The position numbers and the translations under genes are program-made. The notes beneath the pieces were generated by a model. That model had not been told where the DNA came from, did not search any database, and saw only the letters and a program-made list of their open reading frames with translations. A stretch of DNA of 64,000 nt from Hyalangium minutum. GTDB taxonomy: Bacteria; Myxococcota; Myxococcia; Myxococcales; Myxococcaceae. Of this stretch, positions 46,639-64,000 are shown one piece after another. The stretch spans positions 1,165,043 through 1,229,042 of the forward strand of contig NZ_JMCB01000003.1 in NCBI RefSeq assembly GCF_000737315.1. The letters run 5' to 3'. The first letter of the stretch is position 1. Every line of letters starts with the position of its first letter.

Positions 46639-47025
46639 TCAACCCCCGAAGGGGCGAGGAAGCTTCCCGGTCGCCACCAGGAATCCATACACGCCGAGCG
46701 CCAGGACGAGCAGCATCACCGTCAGGCCCACATAGGCGCGCCGCCGCCGCTCCTTCTCGAGCGCCGCAGGAGTGGGCGCCGGGGTGGCCTTGTCCACCTC
46801 CTCGTAACGAAGGACGGCATCCTCGGGGGCCATGCCAATCACGTGGGCATAGGCCCGGATGTAGTTGAGCACGAAGATCCGGGCCGGCAGGCGCTCCACC
46901 TGCCCCTCCTCGAGGGCGGCCACCAGGCTCGGAGGAATCTTCGTCGCCCGGGAGATGTCCTCGCGCGACATCCCTCGCAGCTCGCGCTGCTGGGAGAGGT
47001 ATTTGCCGAAGTCGACGTGGTCCAC
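46639..47025 (-). CDS. RodZ-like HTH protein with C-terminal TM anchor
   Basis: FGKYLSQQRELRGMSREDIS...LEEG...FVLNYIRAYA; TM helix; GTG start 47025. Confidence 0.82.
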   Translation of the reverse strand: MDHVDFGKYLSQQRELRGMSREDISRATKIPPSLVAALEEGQVERLPARIFVLNYIRAYAHVIGMAPEDAVLRYEEVDKATPAPTPAALEKERRRRAYVGLTVMLLVLALGVYGFLVATGKLPRPFGG

Positions 47026-47041
47026 GGGCGTCCCTGGCGGC

Positions 47042-47803
47042 CTACAGGTTCTCCCGCAGGCGCTGGCACTCGTCCTTGAGCTGCTTCTGCGACGGTTGGT
47101 CGGCCTTGGCCTCGCAGGTCTGCAGGCGCTCACGAGCGGCATCCCCCTGGCCCAGCTTCGCCAGACACACGCCCTCGCGCATGTGGGCATCCGCCACGTC
47201 CGGGCACTGCTCGCGGTAGTGGGCGAACTGCTTGCACGCCTCCTCGGTGCTTCCCGTCTGCTCGTAGATGAGGCCCAGGTTCTTGAAGCCCAGGCAGAAG
47301 TTCGGGTTGAGCGTCACGGCGGCCTTGATGTTCTCCAGCCCCTTCTCGGTGTCGCCCTTCTTGTAATAGGCCCACCCCATGTTGCCCTGCGCGATGAAGG
47401 GCGTGGGATAGAGCATGTCGTTGAGCACCTGCTCGTAGAGCTTGATGGCCTGATCGTACTGGCCCTGGTCCAGGTACACGTTGGCCAGGTTGGAGCGGGC
47501 CTCGGAGAACGTCGGCCGGATCTCCAGCGCCTTCTGGTAGTGCTCGATGGCCTCCGCGTGCCGCCGGAACGACAGGTGCAGCAGGATGCCCAGGGCGTTC
47601 TGGGCCTCGGCGTTGTCCGGATCAATCTCCACCGCGCGCTGGAACTCGCTCAGCGCCTCCTGGATGTTGCCGGCCTGCTGCGCCTGCACGCCCAGGTTGT
47701 AGCGGATTTCGGCGGTCTGCCGCTCCTTCTCGGTGGGGATATGCCTGCAACCGGAGAGCAGAAGCGCGAGCGCCAGGGACGAGACGAGGGAGACACGAAC
47801 CAT
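47042..47803 (-). CDS. tgl: Tgl TPR lipoprotein (PilQ secretin pilotin; social motility stimulation)
   Basis: Lipobox LSG-C, TPR repeats, LNDMLYPTPFIAQGN, NPNFCLG; 253 aa from ATG 47803. Confidence 0.9.
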   Translation of the reverse strand: MVRVSLVSSLALALLLSGCRHIPTEKERQTAEIRYNLGVQAQQAGNIQEALSEFQRAVEIDPDNAEAQNALGILLHLSFRRHAEAIEHYQKALEIRPTFSEARSNLANVYLDQGQYDQAIKLYEQVLNDMLYPTPFIAQGNMGWAYYKKGDTEKGLENIKAAVTLNPNFCLGFKNLGLIYEQTGSTEEACKQFAHYREQCPDVADAHMREGVCLAKLGQGDAARERLQTCEAKADQPSQKQLKDECQRLRENL

Positions 47804-47826
47804 GGAGAGAACTCGGGGCGAAGGAA

Positions 47827-48291
47827 TCAGAACGCGGCGAGGAACCGGCCCAGCGTAGCAGCGGCGTTTTTCTTCTCCTCGACCTTCTTCGCGACAGCCG
47901 GCACCTGCTTCGGGTCCCGGAAGAACACGGGCAGCGTCTTCAGCAGCTCCTCCTGCGTCGCCTGCGCCATGGAGCGCCAGTTCGAGTTGTCCATCATGAA
48001 GCCCATGGACTCCACGAAGGCCAGCGCCTCGGCCTCCTCGCCCAGGTACTCCTCGAAGCTGGTGTTGCGCTTGCCGGAGACGTACACCGCGCACTCGGCG
48101 GCCTCGGACAGATACAGGTAGATGAAGGTCGCGAAGCCCGTAGAGCCACGCAGCCCCAGGATGAACGCCTGCGCCGGACCCGCCGGCTTGCCTGGGATGA
48201 ACAGGTGCGGCGAGTTCAGCGACGTATGGAGCGCGATCACCTGCTCGCGGCTCGCGGGAAGCCCGCGATATCTCTCGTCGATATTGAACAA
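47827..48291 (-). CDS. Conserved myxobacterial hypothetical protein upstream of tgl
   Basis: Clean ORF with typical codon bias, syntenic with tgl. Confidence 0.75.
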   Translation of the reverse strand: MFNIDERYRGLPASREQVIALHTSLNSPHLFIPGKPAGPAQAFILGLRGSTGFATFIYLYLSEAAECAVYVSGKRNTSFEEYLGEEAEALAFVESMGFMMDNSNWRSMAQATQEELLKTLPVFFRDPKQVPAVAKKVEEKKNAAATLGRFLAAF

Positions 48292-48314
48292 GGAACCAGC
48301 CGCCTCCTCGGGCG

Positions 48315-49058
48315 CTATCGGGTGGTGAGGGTGAACTCCTCGGAATCGTCCTTCGTATCCGCGGCGGTGCGCTGGAACTTGATGATCGGGTTGTCAATCA
48401 TCACGTTGTCCCCGCCCACGTTGCCCTCTCCAATGATGACCTTGAAGTAGTGCCGAGGCGAATAACTCTTCCGCTCTCCGGACACCACTTTGTGGGGACT
48501 GAGCAGAACGATGTTCTTCCCCGGCTGAAGATGGCGGGTGACCTCCGTGATGATCTGCTCCTCGTTATTCCGGAGTTTCCGGACCCACTTCGAGTTGATG
48601 TAGAGGTCGATATCGTACTCCGACATACCCGGGACCGCCTGTTCGGTGACGAGCCAGTAGCGCCGGGTGAGCCTCGGAGGGCCCTCGGAGGCCTCAGCGG
48701 GAGGCGGAGTTGCTGGGGCCGCCGGAGCGGTGGAAGGTGTGGGAGCCGGAGCGGTGGAAGGTGTGGGAGCCGGAGCCGCCGGAGGCTGGCCTGCGGGAGC
48801 CGGGGGCGGTGTCACAGCCGCGGGGGCAGGAGGCGGAGCCGCGGGAGCAGGAACTGTCTCCATACGGACCGCGTAGCCGACGGCGGTGATGTGGATATCG
48901 CCCTTCTCGTCGATGCGGACGGTGGCCTTCTCGAACTTCTGGTTGGTGACCCCATCGATACGGACGCCGTTGAGATACACGGAGGCAGCCAGCGCCGAGG
49001 CGGGCGCCATCACGACCGCGAACGTGAGGACAGCGGCGGACAAAATCGAGCGGTACAT
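48315..49058 (-). CDS. Secreted hypothetical protein with Pro/Ala/Thr linker (24-bp repeat 48721-48768)
   Basis: Signal peptide (ALA-ASV); two beta-rich domains joined by APAPTPST repeats. Confidence 0.78.
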   Translation of the reverse strand: MYRSILSAAVLTFAVVMAPASALAASVYLNGVRIDGVTNQKFEKATVRIDEKGDIHITAVGYAVRMETVPAPAAPPPAPAAVTPPPAPAGQPPAAPAPTPSTAPAPTPSTAPAAPATPPPAEASEGPPRLTRRYWLVTEQAVPGMSEYDIDLYINSKWVRKLRNNEEQIITEVTRHLQPGKNIVLLSPHKVVSGERKSYSPRHYFKVIIGEGNVGGDNVMIDNPIIKFQRTAADTKDDSEEFTLTTR

Positions 49059-49188
49059 GCGCTTTTCTCCTGGAAATCCTCAAAGGTCCCAGGAACTTGC
49101 AAGCCCATACCGCACCCTGCGGGACCGGACAAGGAGCGCGTACACGTAATGTGAACGCTCCTGACGGTCCGACATTCACCACGAGGGC

Positions 49189-49923
49189 TCAGGGGGTGGG
49201 AGTTTCCTTGCCATCTTCCCTTTGCGCCAGGGCCCAGTCCCCGCCAAGCCCCTGCCCTTCGCGGAAGCGGCGGAAGTCACGCCTCACCAAGCGGGGGTAG
49301 CGGCGGAAAGCCTCCAGCTCCCCTTCTTTCAAGGCCTTGCGGATGCGAGTAGGGCCCGCGTTGTAGGCCATGAGCGCCAGATCCAAGTCTCCGCCGAAGC
49401 GCTCCTGGAGGTTGCGCAGGTAGCGAATGCCGAGACGCACGCACAGTGCGGGATCCGCCGCCACTTCCTCCCGGGAGAGCCGCAGGCCCTCCTTGCCGGC
49501 CAGGAAGTGGAGCGTGCTGGGCTTGATCTGCATCAGCCCGCGAGCCCCCTTCATGGAGATGGCTTCCTCCTCGAAGTCCGACTCCACGTCGATGAGGGCC
49601 AGGATCAACAACGGATCATACCCCGTGCGCTGGGCCTCCTCGGCGATGGCCTGGCCGAGCTGCCGGCGCAGCGTCAGTCCCAGGTCCGGGGCCCGCTTGG
49701 CCAGCACGGCGTCGATCAGGGCGGCATCATGGGAGGCCGGCTCGGCCACGACAGCCACTGGCACCACGGGTGCCGGTGCAGGCTCGCCCAGGACGGGGAT
49801 GATGCGAGCGGAGACGACGAGCGCCAGCCCCGCGAGCAACGGCAGCTTCGCGCAGCCAGAACTCAGGGAGTGAAGCCGGGCCAGCCACTGACCGCCCGAG
49901 CCCGCCGTGGGCGGGGCCATCAC
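49189..49923 (-). CDS. Lytic transglycosylase (SLT domain)
   Basis: LALIDVESDF, GARGLMQI, LALMAYNAGP. Confidence 0.92.
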   Translation of the reverse strand: MMAPPTAGSGGQWLARLHSLSSGCAKLPLLAGLALVVSARIIPVLGEPAPAPVVPVAVVAEPASHDAALIDAVLAKRAPDLGLTLRRQLGQAIAEEAQRTGYDPLLILALIDVESDFEEEAISMKGARGLMQIKPSTLHFLAGKEGLRLSREEVAADPALCVRLGIRYLRNLQERFGGDLDLALMAYNAGPTRIRKALKEGELEAFRRYPRLVRRDFRRFREGQGLGGDWALAQREDGKETPTP

Positions 49924-50267
49924 TTCTCGCGCCCCAGGGCGTCGATGCGCTCGGCCAACTTGCTCAGCCGCGCATCGAACTCCTGCAGATCCTCGCGCCG
50001 GGGTACCTTCAGCCGCGCGAGCGCGCCCTTCACGGCGACTTCTACCGAGTGCTCCAGGTCCTTGCGGTGGCCCACGAGCTTCTCAGTGAACTCGCGGGCG
50101 TGGCGCTTCACCTCTTCCTGGCTCCAGCCGGCCGTGGTGGCCACGCGCTGGAGGGTCCGGTTCACTTCCTCCTCAGCCGTGGAGACGGCGAGCAAGGCCT
50201 GGCTCCAGATGCGCTCAAAGGTTTCGGCAACGGGGTGCTTCTCTCGGGGGGCCTCTGGCTTATCCAT
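49920..50267 (-). CDS. Phasin-family (PhaF/PhaI-like) protein
   Basis: Amphipathic helices, LKVPRREDLQEFDARLSKL. Confidence 0.7.
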   Translation of the reverse strand: MDKPEAPREKHPVAETFERIWSQALLAVSTAEEEVNRTLQRVATTAGWSQEEVKRHAREFTEKLVGHRKDLEHSVEVAVKGALARLKVPRREDLQEFDARLSKLAERIDALGREK

Positions 50268-50410
50268 TCGGTCGCTCCGGGAGTGCCCCCAGGCCGGAAA
50301 GACCTGGGACCACGGAAAGATGGCCAGGACGTAATCACAGGCCGGTTACGAAGGGAACGGCCGTTTACAGCCCACCCCTCCCTTCGTTCACTGACAAATG
50401 AAGCAGTGTG

Positions 50411-50836
50411 TCAGGGAGCAGACACTCGGTTCGTGCCCCGCGACGTCACCTTCTTCACCGAGGGTGGCAGGATCTGATCGAGCTTCTTGGACAGGCGGGA
50501 CAGCTCGCGGTTGAGCTCCTTGACCTGAGCCTGGCTGGCCACGCCCACGGCCTCGACCGCCTTCGTCTGGAAACCATCCAGGCGCTTGCGCAGCTCGGAG
50601 CTGACCTGCGTGGCCTTGCGGCCCAGCTCCTTCACCTTCGGGTTCTCCAGGAGTGCGTCCGAGTTGATCTGCCCGAGCAGCTTCTCCACCTCGCGCGCCG
50701 GGCCGCGGCTGCGAGCCTTGAGAGTGCGGAGCACCTTGCCCGCCTCGCTCTCAAGTCCCTCGAAGCGCTTCTGCGCGCCCTCGATCTGCTGCTTCACGAA
50801 CGACTCCAGGTTCCGCCCCATACCGTTGGTCGCCAT
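50411..50836 (-). CDS. Phasin-like coiled-coil protein
   Basis: VASQAQVKELNRELSRLSKKL amphipathic motif. Confidence 0.6.
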   Translation of the reverse strand: MATNGMGRNLESFVKQQIEGAQKRFEGLESEAGKVLRTLKARSRGPAREVEKLLGQINSDALLENPKVKELGRKATQVSSELRKRLDGFQTKAVEAVGVASQAQVKELNRELSRLSKKLDQILPPSVKKVTSRGTNRVSAP

Positions 50837-50875
50837 GTCCTTCTCCTTGTGGGTACTACCGTTGACTGGCGAATC

Positions 50876-50904
50876 AACTTAACGCAACGCATCATCCGGG
50901 TCAA
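50876..50904 (-). promoter_or_regulatory. Sigma70-type promoter for the phasin-like gene
   Basis: TTGACC-17 nt-TAAGTT on the minus strand. Confidence 0.5.
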
Positions 50905-50933
50905 GACAGGCCGACTGATCTGATCGTTGGGCG

Positions 50934-50973
50934 AAAAAGCAACCGCCGCCCAGGCAGGAAGCCGGGGCGGCGG
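50934..50973 (-). terminator. Rho-independent terminator of rpoBC
   Basis: CCGCCGCCC/GGGCGGCGG stem followed by TTGCTTTTT on the minus strand. Confidence 0.75.
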
Positions 50974-51006
50974 CGGGTACTTCAGGCGCTCAGGCCGGGA
51001 GAGCCG

Positions 51007-55224
<4,218 letters not shown>

Positions 55225-55351
55225 GTTGCCTCCGAAATCTCTCTCTTGGAGCACCTAGGCGCTCCACCGTTGCGGGCTCGTGCCGCCACTCGGCTGGCAG
55301 CCCGCTCCTCAGGGGAGCGGGCGTCCAGCGGGGCGGCCCTCCGACTCCGAA

Positions 55352-59578
<4,227 letters not shown>

Positions 59579-59664
59579 TCGTTCTCCGGGGACGGGCACT
59601 GCTCGGACGGGCAAACTTCAGTAACGCTCGGAAGCGTCGGGAAATTTGGAATCTTCAAATGGGC

Positions 59665-59696
59665 AAAGCCGGTACCCCCTCCAAGGGAGCACCGGC
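59665..59696 (-). terminator. Hairpin/attenuator between rplL and rpoB
   Basis: GCCGGT...ACCGGC stem followed by TTT on the minus strand; position matches the known rplL-rpoB attenuator site. Confidence 0.55.
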
Positions 59697-59758
59697 CTGC
59701 TCATCCGATCAGGTAGGCGCCGAGGAAACTTCCCAAACCCAGCGCCTCCCGAGGGGAA

Positions 59759-60139
59759 CTACTTGACCTCGACGGTCGCGCCAGCGGCGGTGAGCTGCTC
59801 CTTGATCTTCTTGGCGTCGTCCTTGTTGACGCCCTCCTTGACCGTCTTGGGAGCGCCCTCGACCAGGTCCTTGGCCTCCTTCAGGCCCAGGCCGGTGATC
59901 GCGCGGATCTCCTTGATGACGTTGATCTTGTTGGCGCCCGCGTTGGCCAGGACGACGGTGAACTCCGTCTTCTCCTCGACCGGAGCGGCGGCGGCGGCAC
60001 CGGCGGCCGGGCCAGCGGCGACGGCGACGGCGGCGGCGGAGACGCCCCACTTCTTCTCGAGCTCCTTCACCAGGTTCGCCGCCTCCATGACGGTGAGCTG
60101 GGAGAGCTGGTCAATCAGCGCGTTGATGTCTGCAGCCAT
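59759..60139 (-). CDS. rplL: 50S ribosomal protein L7/L12
   Basis: [30 protein letters not shown]. Confidence 0.99.
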   Translation of the reverse strand: MAADINALIDQLSQLTVMEAANLVKELEKKWGVSAAAVAVAAGPAAGAAAAAPVEEKTEFTVVLANAGANKINVIKEIRAITGLGLKEAKDLVEGAPKTVKEGVNKDDAKKIKEQLTAAGATVEVK

Positions 60140-60233
60140 TGTGGATTCTTCCTTCTCAGTTCATCTAACCGGCGGACGCTCCTAAGGAGAGAAAAGGCCG
60201 GTGGGTTGGTAGTGGTACGGCTTCTCGAAACGG

Positions 60234-60758
60234 TTACTTGGACTCGCCCGCCTTGTCGGCGTTGGCCTGGAGCACCCGCGCCAACTGCTGACCGGGGGCT
60301 GCCAGCGTCCGGACCAGCTTGCCCGCCGGCTGGGTCAGCATCCCCAGCAGCTGAGCACGCAGTTCCGGCAGACCCGGCATCTTCGCCAGAGCCTTCACGC
60401 CCTCGACGTCGATCTTGCGACCCTGAACCACCGCGCTCCGGATCTTGATCGTCTCCAAGTCCTTGATGAACTCGGTGAGGATCTTCGCCGGGGCCGCCAC
60501 GTCCTCGTAGCTGATGGCCAGCGCCACCGGGCCCTTGAAGTCGTCGGAGATAACCTCCACCGACGTCCCCTTGGCCGCCCGCTTGGCAAGCGTGTTCTTG
60601 ATGACCTTGTACTCGACCTTGCTCTCACGGAACTTCTTGCGGAGCTTCGTCACGGTCTCCACGTCCAGCTTGGAGAACTCGGCGACGATGGCGGTCTGAG
60701 CCTTCTGAAACTTCTCAGAGAGCTCCTTGATCAGTTCTTCCTTCTCGCTCTTCTGCAC
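60234..60758 (-). CDS. rplJ: 50S ribosomal protein L10
   Basis: YKVIKNTLAKRA, ALAKMPGLPELRAQLL. Confidence 0.98.
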   Translation of the reverse strand: MQKSEKEELIKELSEKFQKAQTAIVAEFSKLDVETVTKLRKKFRESKVEYKVIKNTLAKRAAKGTSVEVISDDFKGPVALAISYEDVAAPAKILTEFIKDLETIKIRSAVVQGRKIDVEGVKALAKMPGLPELRAQLLGMLTQPAGKLVRTLAAPGQQLARVLQANADKAGESK

Positions 60759-60863
60759 CTTGACTCACCTCCTCACTGTGCCCACCTATCGGGGGGCCTT
60801 GATGCCTGGGCCAAAGCGGCAGAGCGAGAGGAGCCTTCGAGAGGCACCACACCGCACCTCCAA

Positions 60864-60980
60864 GTCTCGGCAGGGCTGGCCTTGCGGCCGTTTGAACCGG
60901 GAGAGACCACTGCACCTTCCGACCGGTTGGCCGGTTGCCAACGGAGGGTGCACCGTCTCACCGGTCCCTGCTGTCTGGGA
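60864..60980 (-). promoter_or_regulatory. L10 (rplJ) leader autoregulatory RNA element
   Basis: Minus strand AGACAGCAGGG...TTCAAA...GGCC-GCAA-GGCC...CCCTGCCGAGAC upstream of rplJ. Confidence 0.7.
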
Positions 60981-61023
60981 CCAGGGTTGGACACCCCGTC
61001 TAATGACGTGGCGCCCGAATTGC

Positions 61024-61051
61024 AAAAGCCGGGGGCCTATACCCCCGGCTT
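61024..61051 (-). terminator. Terminator-like hairpin after rplA
   Basis: AAGCCGGGGG-N6-CCCCCGGCTT, followed by TT on the minus strand (TTTT tail). Confidence 0.65.
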
Positions 61052-61142
61052 CAGCAAAGATCCAGTCTTTTCTAAACGAAAATTGTACGGCTGCCGACAG
61101 ACGGACCTAGCTGGTCCGCCCGCCGGGCCGATTGCTCACCGG

Positions 61143-61856
61143 TTAGCGGTGCCGGGCGAGGATCTCGTTGGTGTCGATCTTGATGCCAGGCCCCATGGTG
61201 GTGGAGACGGCAATGCCCTTCAGATAGACGCCCTTGGCGGTGGCCGGCTTGAGCTTCATGACCAGGTCCACCAGGGTGTTGAAGTTGGCCTCGAGCTTGT
61301 CGGCCGGGAACGAAGACTTGCCCATCTTCACATGGACAATGCCCGCCTTCTCGGCGCGGAACTCCACCTTACCGCCCTTGGCGTCGGCGACGGCCTTCTT
61401 CACGTCCATCGTCACCGTGCCCACCTTCGGGTTGGGCATGAGGCCGCGGGGACCCAGCACCTTACCGAGCCGGCCGACCACGCCCATCATGTCCGGGGTC
61501 GCGATGACGGTATCGAAGTCGAGGAAGCCTCCCTCGATGCGCTTGGCGAGATCATCAGCGCCAACGACGTCCGCGCCGGAGGCCTCGGCCTCGGAAGCCT
61601 TCTCGCCCTTGGCGAACACGGCCACGCGCACGGTGGCGCCGGTGCCATGCGGGAGCACCACAGCGCCACGAACCATCTGGTCCGCGTGCTTGGGGTCCAC
61701 GCCCAGGTTGATGGCGACGTCCACCGTCTGGTCGAACTTGGTGGCGCGCGCGTCGACGGTCTTCTTCAGGAGCTGGAAGCCCTCGGCGATGGTGTAGCGC
61801 TTGTTGCGGTCCACGAGGGCGGAGGCCGCGGCGAACTTCTTGGCAATCTTCGGCAT
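61143..61856 (-). CDS. rplA: 50S ribosomal protein L1
   Basis: [31 protein letters not shown]. Confidence 0.99.
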   Translation of the reverse strand: MPKIAKKFAAASALVDRNKRYTIAEGFQLLKKTVDARATKFDQTVDVAINLGVDPKHADQMVRGAVVLPHGTGATVRVAVFAKGEKASEAEASGADVVGADDLAKRIEGGFLDFDTVIATPDMMGVVGRLGKVLGPRGLMPNPKVGTVTMDVKKAVADAKGGKVEFRAEKAGIVHVKMGKSSFPADKLEANFNTLVDLVMKLKPATAKGVYLKGIAVSTTMGPGIKIDTNEILARHR

Positions 61857-61886
61857 GACAGAAATCCTTTTAGAAGAGGGCGTCGG

Positions 61887-62333
61887 TTAGCCGACGACGT
61901 CGATACCCATGGAGCGCGCGGTGCCGGCGATGGTGTTCATGCACGCCTCGAGCGAGGCCGCGGTGGTGTCCTGGATCTTCTTCTTGGCGATCTCCTCGAG
62001 CTGCTTCCGGGTGATCTGGCCCACCTTCTCCTTGCCCGGCTTCTTGGCGCCCGAGCCCTTCTTCTTCTCGGTGTGCAGGCCAGCAGCCTTCTTGATGAGG
62101 ATCGCGGCCGGAGGCGTCTTCAGGATGAAGGTGAAGGAGCGGTCCTGATACACGGTGATGATCACCGGGATGATCAGGCCCTCCTTGGCCTCCGCCTGGG
62201 TCTTGGCGTTGAACTGCTTGCAGAACTCCATGATGTTCACGCCCTGCTGACCGAGCGCGGGGCCGATCGGCGGAGCGGGGTTCGCCTTACCGGCGGGAAT
62301 CTGCAGCTTGACCTGTCCTGTGACCTTCTTCAT
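61887..62333 (-). CDS. rplK: 50S ribosomal protein L11
   Basis: [28 protein letters not shown]. Confidence 0.99.
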   Translation of the reverse strand: MKKVTGQVKLQIPAGKANPAPPIGPALGQQGVNIMEFCKQFNAKTQAEAKEGLIIPVIITVYQDRSFTFILKTPPAAILIKKAAGLHTEKKKGSGAKKPGKEKVGQITRKQLEEIAKKKIQDTTAASLEACMNTIAGTARSMGIDVVG

Positions 62334-62428
62334 GAGCTGGCAACAGCCTTTCAAGTGGGTGGTTCGAGCGGGCCTTTGACGAGGGCCCTCCCACCCAGAG
62401 TTCCGCGGCTACACACCGCGGAAGGGGG

Positions 62429-62971
62429 TTAGCCGGTGGTCTTCTCCACCTGCATGAAATCGAGTTCCACGGGGGTGGCACGGCCGAAGATGCTCACGAG
62501 CACCTTCACGCGGCCCTTCTCCGGGTTGACCTCTTCCACCGTGCCGTTGAAGTTGGCGAACGGCCCGTCGATGACGCGCACGGTGTCCCCATCCTCGAAC
62601 TGCACCTTGGGCTTCGGCTTGAGGGTGCCCTCGGAGATCTGCGAGGTCAGCCGGGCCACCTCGGCGTCCGAGATGGGCGTCGGCTGCTGGTTCTGCGCGG
62701 CGCCCGGGAACCCGGTGATCTTGGGGGTGTTCTTCACCAGGTGCCAAGTGCGGTCATTGAGCTCCATCTGGACGAAGATGTAGCCCGGGAAGAACTTGCG
62801 CTTGGAGGTCTTCTTCTCGCCCTTCACCATCTCGACGACCTGCTCCATCGGGATGAGGATCTCCCCGAACTGGTCCTGCAGGCCCTCGAGGCGGATCTTC
62901 TCTTCCAGGCTCTTCTTCGCCTGGTTCTCGAAGTTCGAGTAGGTGTGGACGACGTACCATTTCATCGCCAT
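62429..62971 (-). CDS. nusG: Transcription termination/antitermination factor NusG
   Basis: [27 protein letters not shown]. Confidence 0.99.
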   Translation of the reverse strand: MAMKWYVVHTYSNFENQAKKSLEEKIRLEGLQDQFGEILIPMEQVVEMVKGEKKTSKRKFFPGYIFVQMELNDRTWHLVKNTPKITGFPGAAQNQQPTPISDAEVARLTSQISEGTLKPKPKVQFEDGDTVRVIDGPFANFNGTVEEVNPEKGRVKVLVSIFGRATPVELDFMQVEKTTG

Positions 62972-63414
62972 TACAGCTTCCCCCACACAGCCGGCAGCCA
63001 ATCCACCATCAACTTGTAGGCGATGGTGTCGATGAAGAAGAGGATGATGGCTGCCACCACCGAGGCGACGATCACAGCCACGGTCGAAGCGCGGGTCTCC
63101 GACCAAGAGGGCCAGGTCACCTTCATGAGCTCACTGGCGATGTCGATCGACACCGCGTGGGCCTTCGGTTGGAACCAGACCAAGAGCGCCAAGCCCAGGG
63201 CCAGCAGGTAGCCGACCAGGGTAGAGACCTGCCAGTCGACGCCCTCGACGAGGATCGGGTCTCCCCAGCCAAAGCGGGCCCAGATCAGGCCCAGGACGTG
63301 CTCGAAAAAGAGCGCGGTGACGATGCCGGCCAGGAGCAGAAAGATGACCACCAGCCGCTTCGGGTCCATCGCCGAGCGGTTTGCCTGCTGGCTGGCTTCA
63401 GATGCCGTCGCCAT
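62971..63414 (-). CDS. secE: Preprotein translocase subunit SecE
   Basis: ELMKVTWP, three TM helices, position before nusG. Confidence 0.95.
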   Translation of the reverse strand: MATASEASQQANRSAMDPKRLVVIFLLLAGIVTALFFEHVLGLIWARFGWGDPILVEGVDWQVSTLVGYLLALGLALLVWFQPKAHAVSIDIASELMKVTWPSWSETRASTVAVIVASVVAAIILFFIDTIAYKLMVDWLPAVWGKL

Positions 63415-63492
63415 GATGCCTCACGGGGTGCTGCGGAAAAGGCAGGGACCCCCGGTACCTTCAGGCATCGGGGGCCCCGCTCTCGGATGAAT

Positions 63493-63568
63493 TGGCAGGC
63501 CAGGAGGGATTCGAACCCCCAACACGCGGTTTTGGAGACCGCTGCTCTACCGTTGGAGCTACTGGCCT
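63493..63568 (-). tRNA. trnW: tRNA-Trp (CCA)
   Basis: 76 nt cloverleaf, anticodon loop CTCCAAA, GTTCGAA T-loop, encoded 3' CCA. Confidence 0.98.
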
Positions 63569-63581
63569 AAAATCTCAGCGA

Positions 63582-63746
63582 CTAGACCTTACCTTCTTTG
63601 TGGTCCGTGTGCTTGCGGCAGCGAGGGCAGAACTTGCTCAGCTCCAGCTTGTCCTGGCTCTTCCGCTTGTTCTTCGTGGTCGTGTAGTTGCGCTCTTTGC
63701 AGGTGGTGCACTCGAGCGAAATGATGCTGCGGTTACCCTTCGGCAT
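63582..63746 (-). CDS. rpmG: 50S ribosomal protein L33 (Zn-ribbon C+ form)
   Basis: Manual translation [54 protein letters not shown]. Confidence 0.97.
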   Translation of the reverse strand: MPKGNRSIISLECTTCKERNYTTTKNKRKSQDKLELSKFCPRCRKHTDHKEGKV

Positions 63747-63839
63747 GACCTGAACTCTTTATACGGCAAGAGGGGAAGGTCGCCCAATCGACCCTCCCCC
63801 CGGCACCGAAGTGCCTGTGTGGAACCTGAGACTGGCTGC

Positions 63840-64000
63840 TTACTCGATGACCTCGGCCACAACGCCGGAGCCCACCGTACGGCCACCCTCGCGAACCGCG
63901 AAGCGCAGCTGCGCCTCCATGGCCACAGGGGTGATGAGCTCCACCTCGATGGCGATGTTGTCGCCCGGCATCACCATCTCCACGTTCTCCGGCAGCTTCA
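63840..64000 (-). CDS. tuf: Elongation factor Tu (C-terminal fragment; gene runs off window end)
   Basis: EMVMPGDN...[17 protein letters not shown] then stop. Confidence 0.97.
   Translation of the reverse strand, partial: KLPENVEMVMPGDNIAIEVELITPVAMEAQLRFAVREGGRTVGSGVVAEVIE

Noticed and set aside
47804-48397. N-terminal extension making Tgl 451 aa (possible fusion or frameshift)
   Set aside because: The lipoprotein signal starts at ATG 47803; the extension overlaps a separate well-formed ORF (47827-48291) in another frame
48721-48776. 24-bp tandem repeat as a regulatory or mobile repeat
   Set aside because: In-frame coding repeat (APAPTPST) in a flexible linker; ordinary

Overview
High-GC myxobacterial chromosome segment (Myxococcales, Archangiaceae-like; the order tuf-rpmG-trnW-secE-nusG-rplKAJL-rpoBC ... 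tgl-recO ... glyQS-Kil/Tad cluster-polA recalls the M. xanthus rpoB-to-kil region). Core backbone on the minus strand: tuf (partial), rpmG, tRNA-Trp, secE, nusG, rplK/A/J/L, rpoB, rpoC, tgl, recO, pfkB-family kinase, glyQ/glyS, a Tad-like prey-killing (Kil) cluster with four FHA domains, and polA. Accessory segments: (i) a translationally coupled bacteriophytochrome / hybrid-kinase operon; (ii) a DUF2381 + Ser/Thr kinase + pseudokinase module; (iii) a lipoprotein with a C-terminal PD-(D/E)xK-like nuclease domain plus a coupled immunity-like gene, preceded by a dense symmetric palindrome array; (iv) a VWA lipoprotein and a Cys-rich repeat lipoprotein; (v) a three-gene insert encoding a VOC protein and an apparently split VioB/RebD/StaD-like enzyme with no tryptophan-pathway partners. 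The most unusual non-coding signal is a ~300-nt element after a sigma54-type gene (15749-16042). It has a 16-bp closing stem, a GNRA hairpin and several hairpins with GGGG(G) loops, its G-U wobbles favour the + strand, and it ends in a U-tract terminator. This is a candidate undescribed structured or sponge RNA. No transposase, integrase or CRISPR-Cas genes were seen. All family assignments come from motif recognition without database searches.
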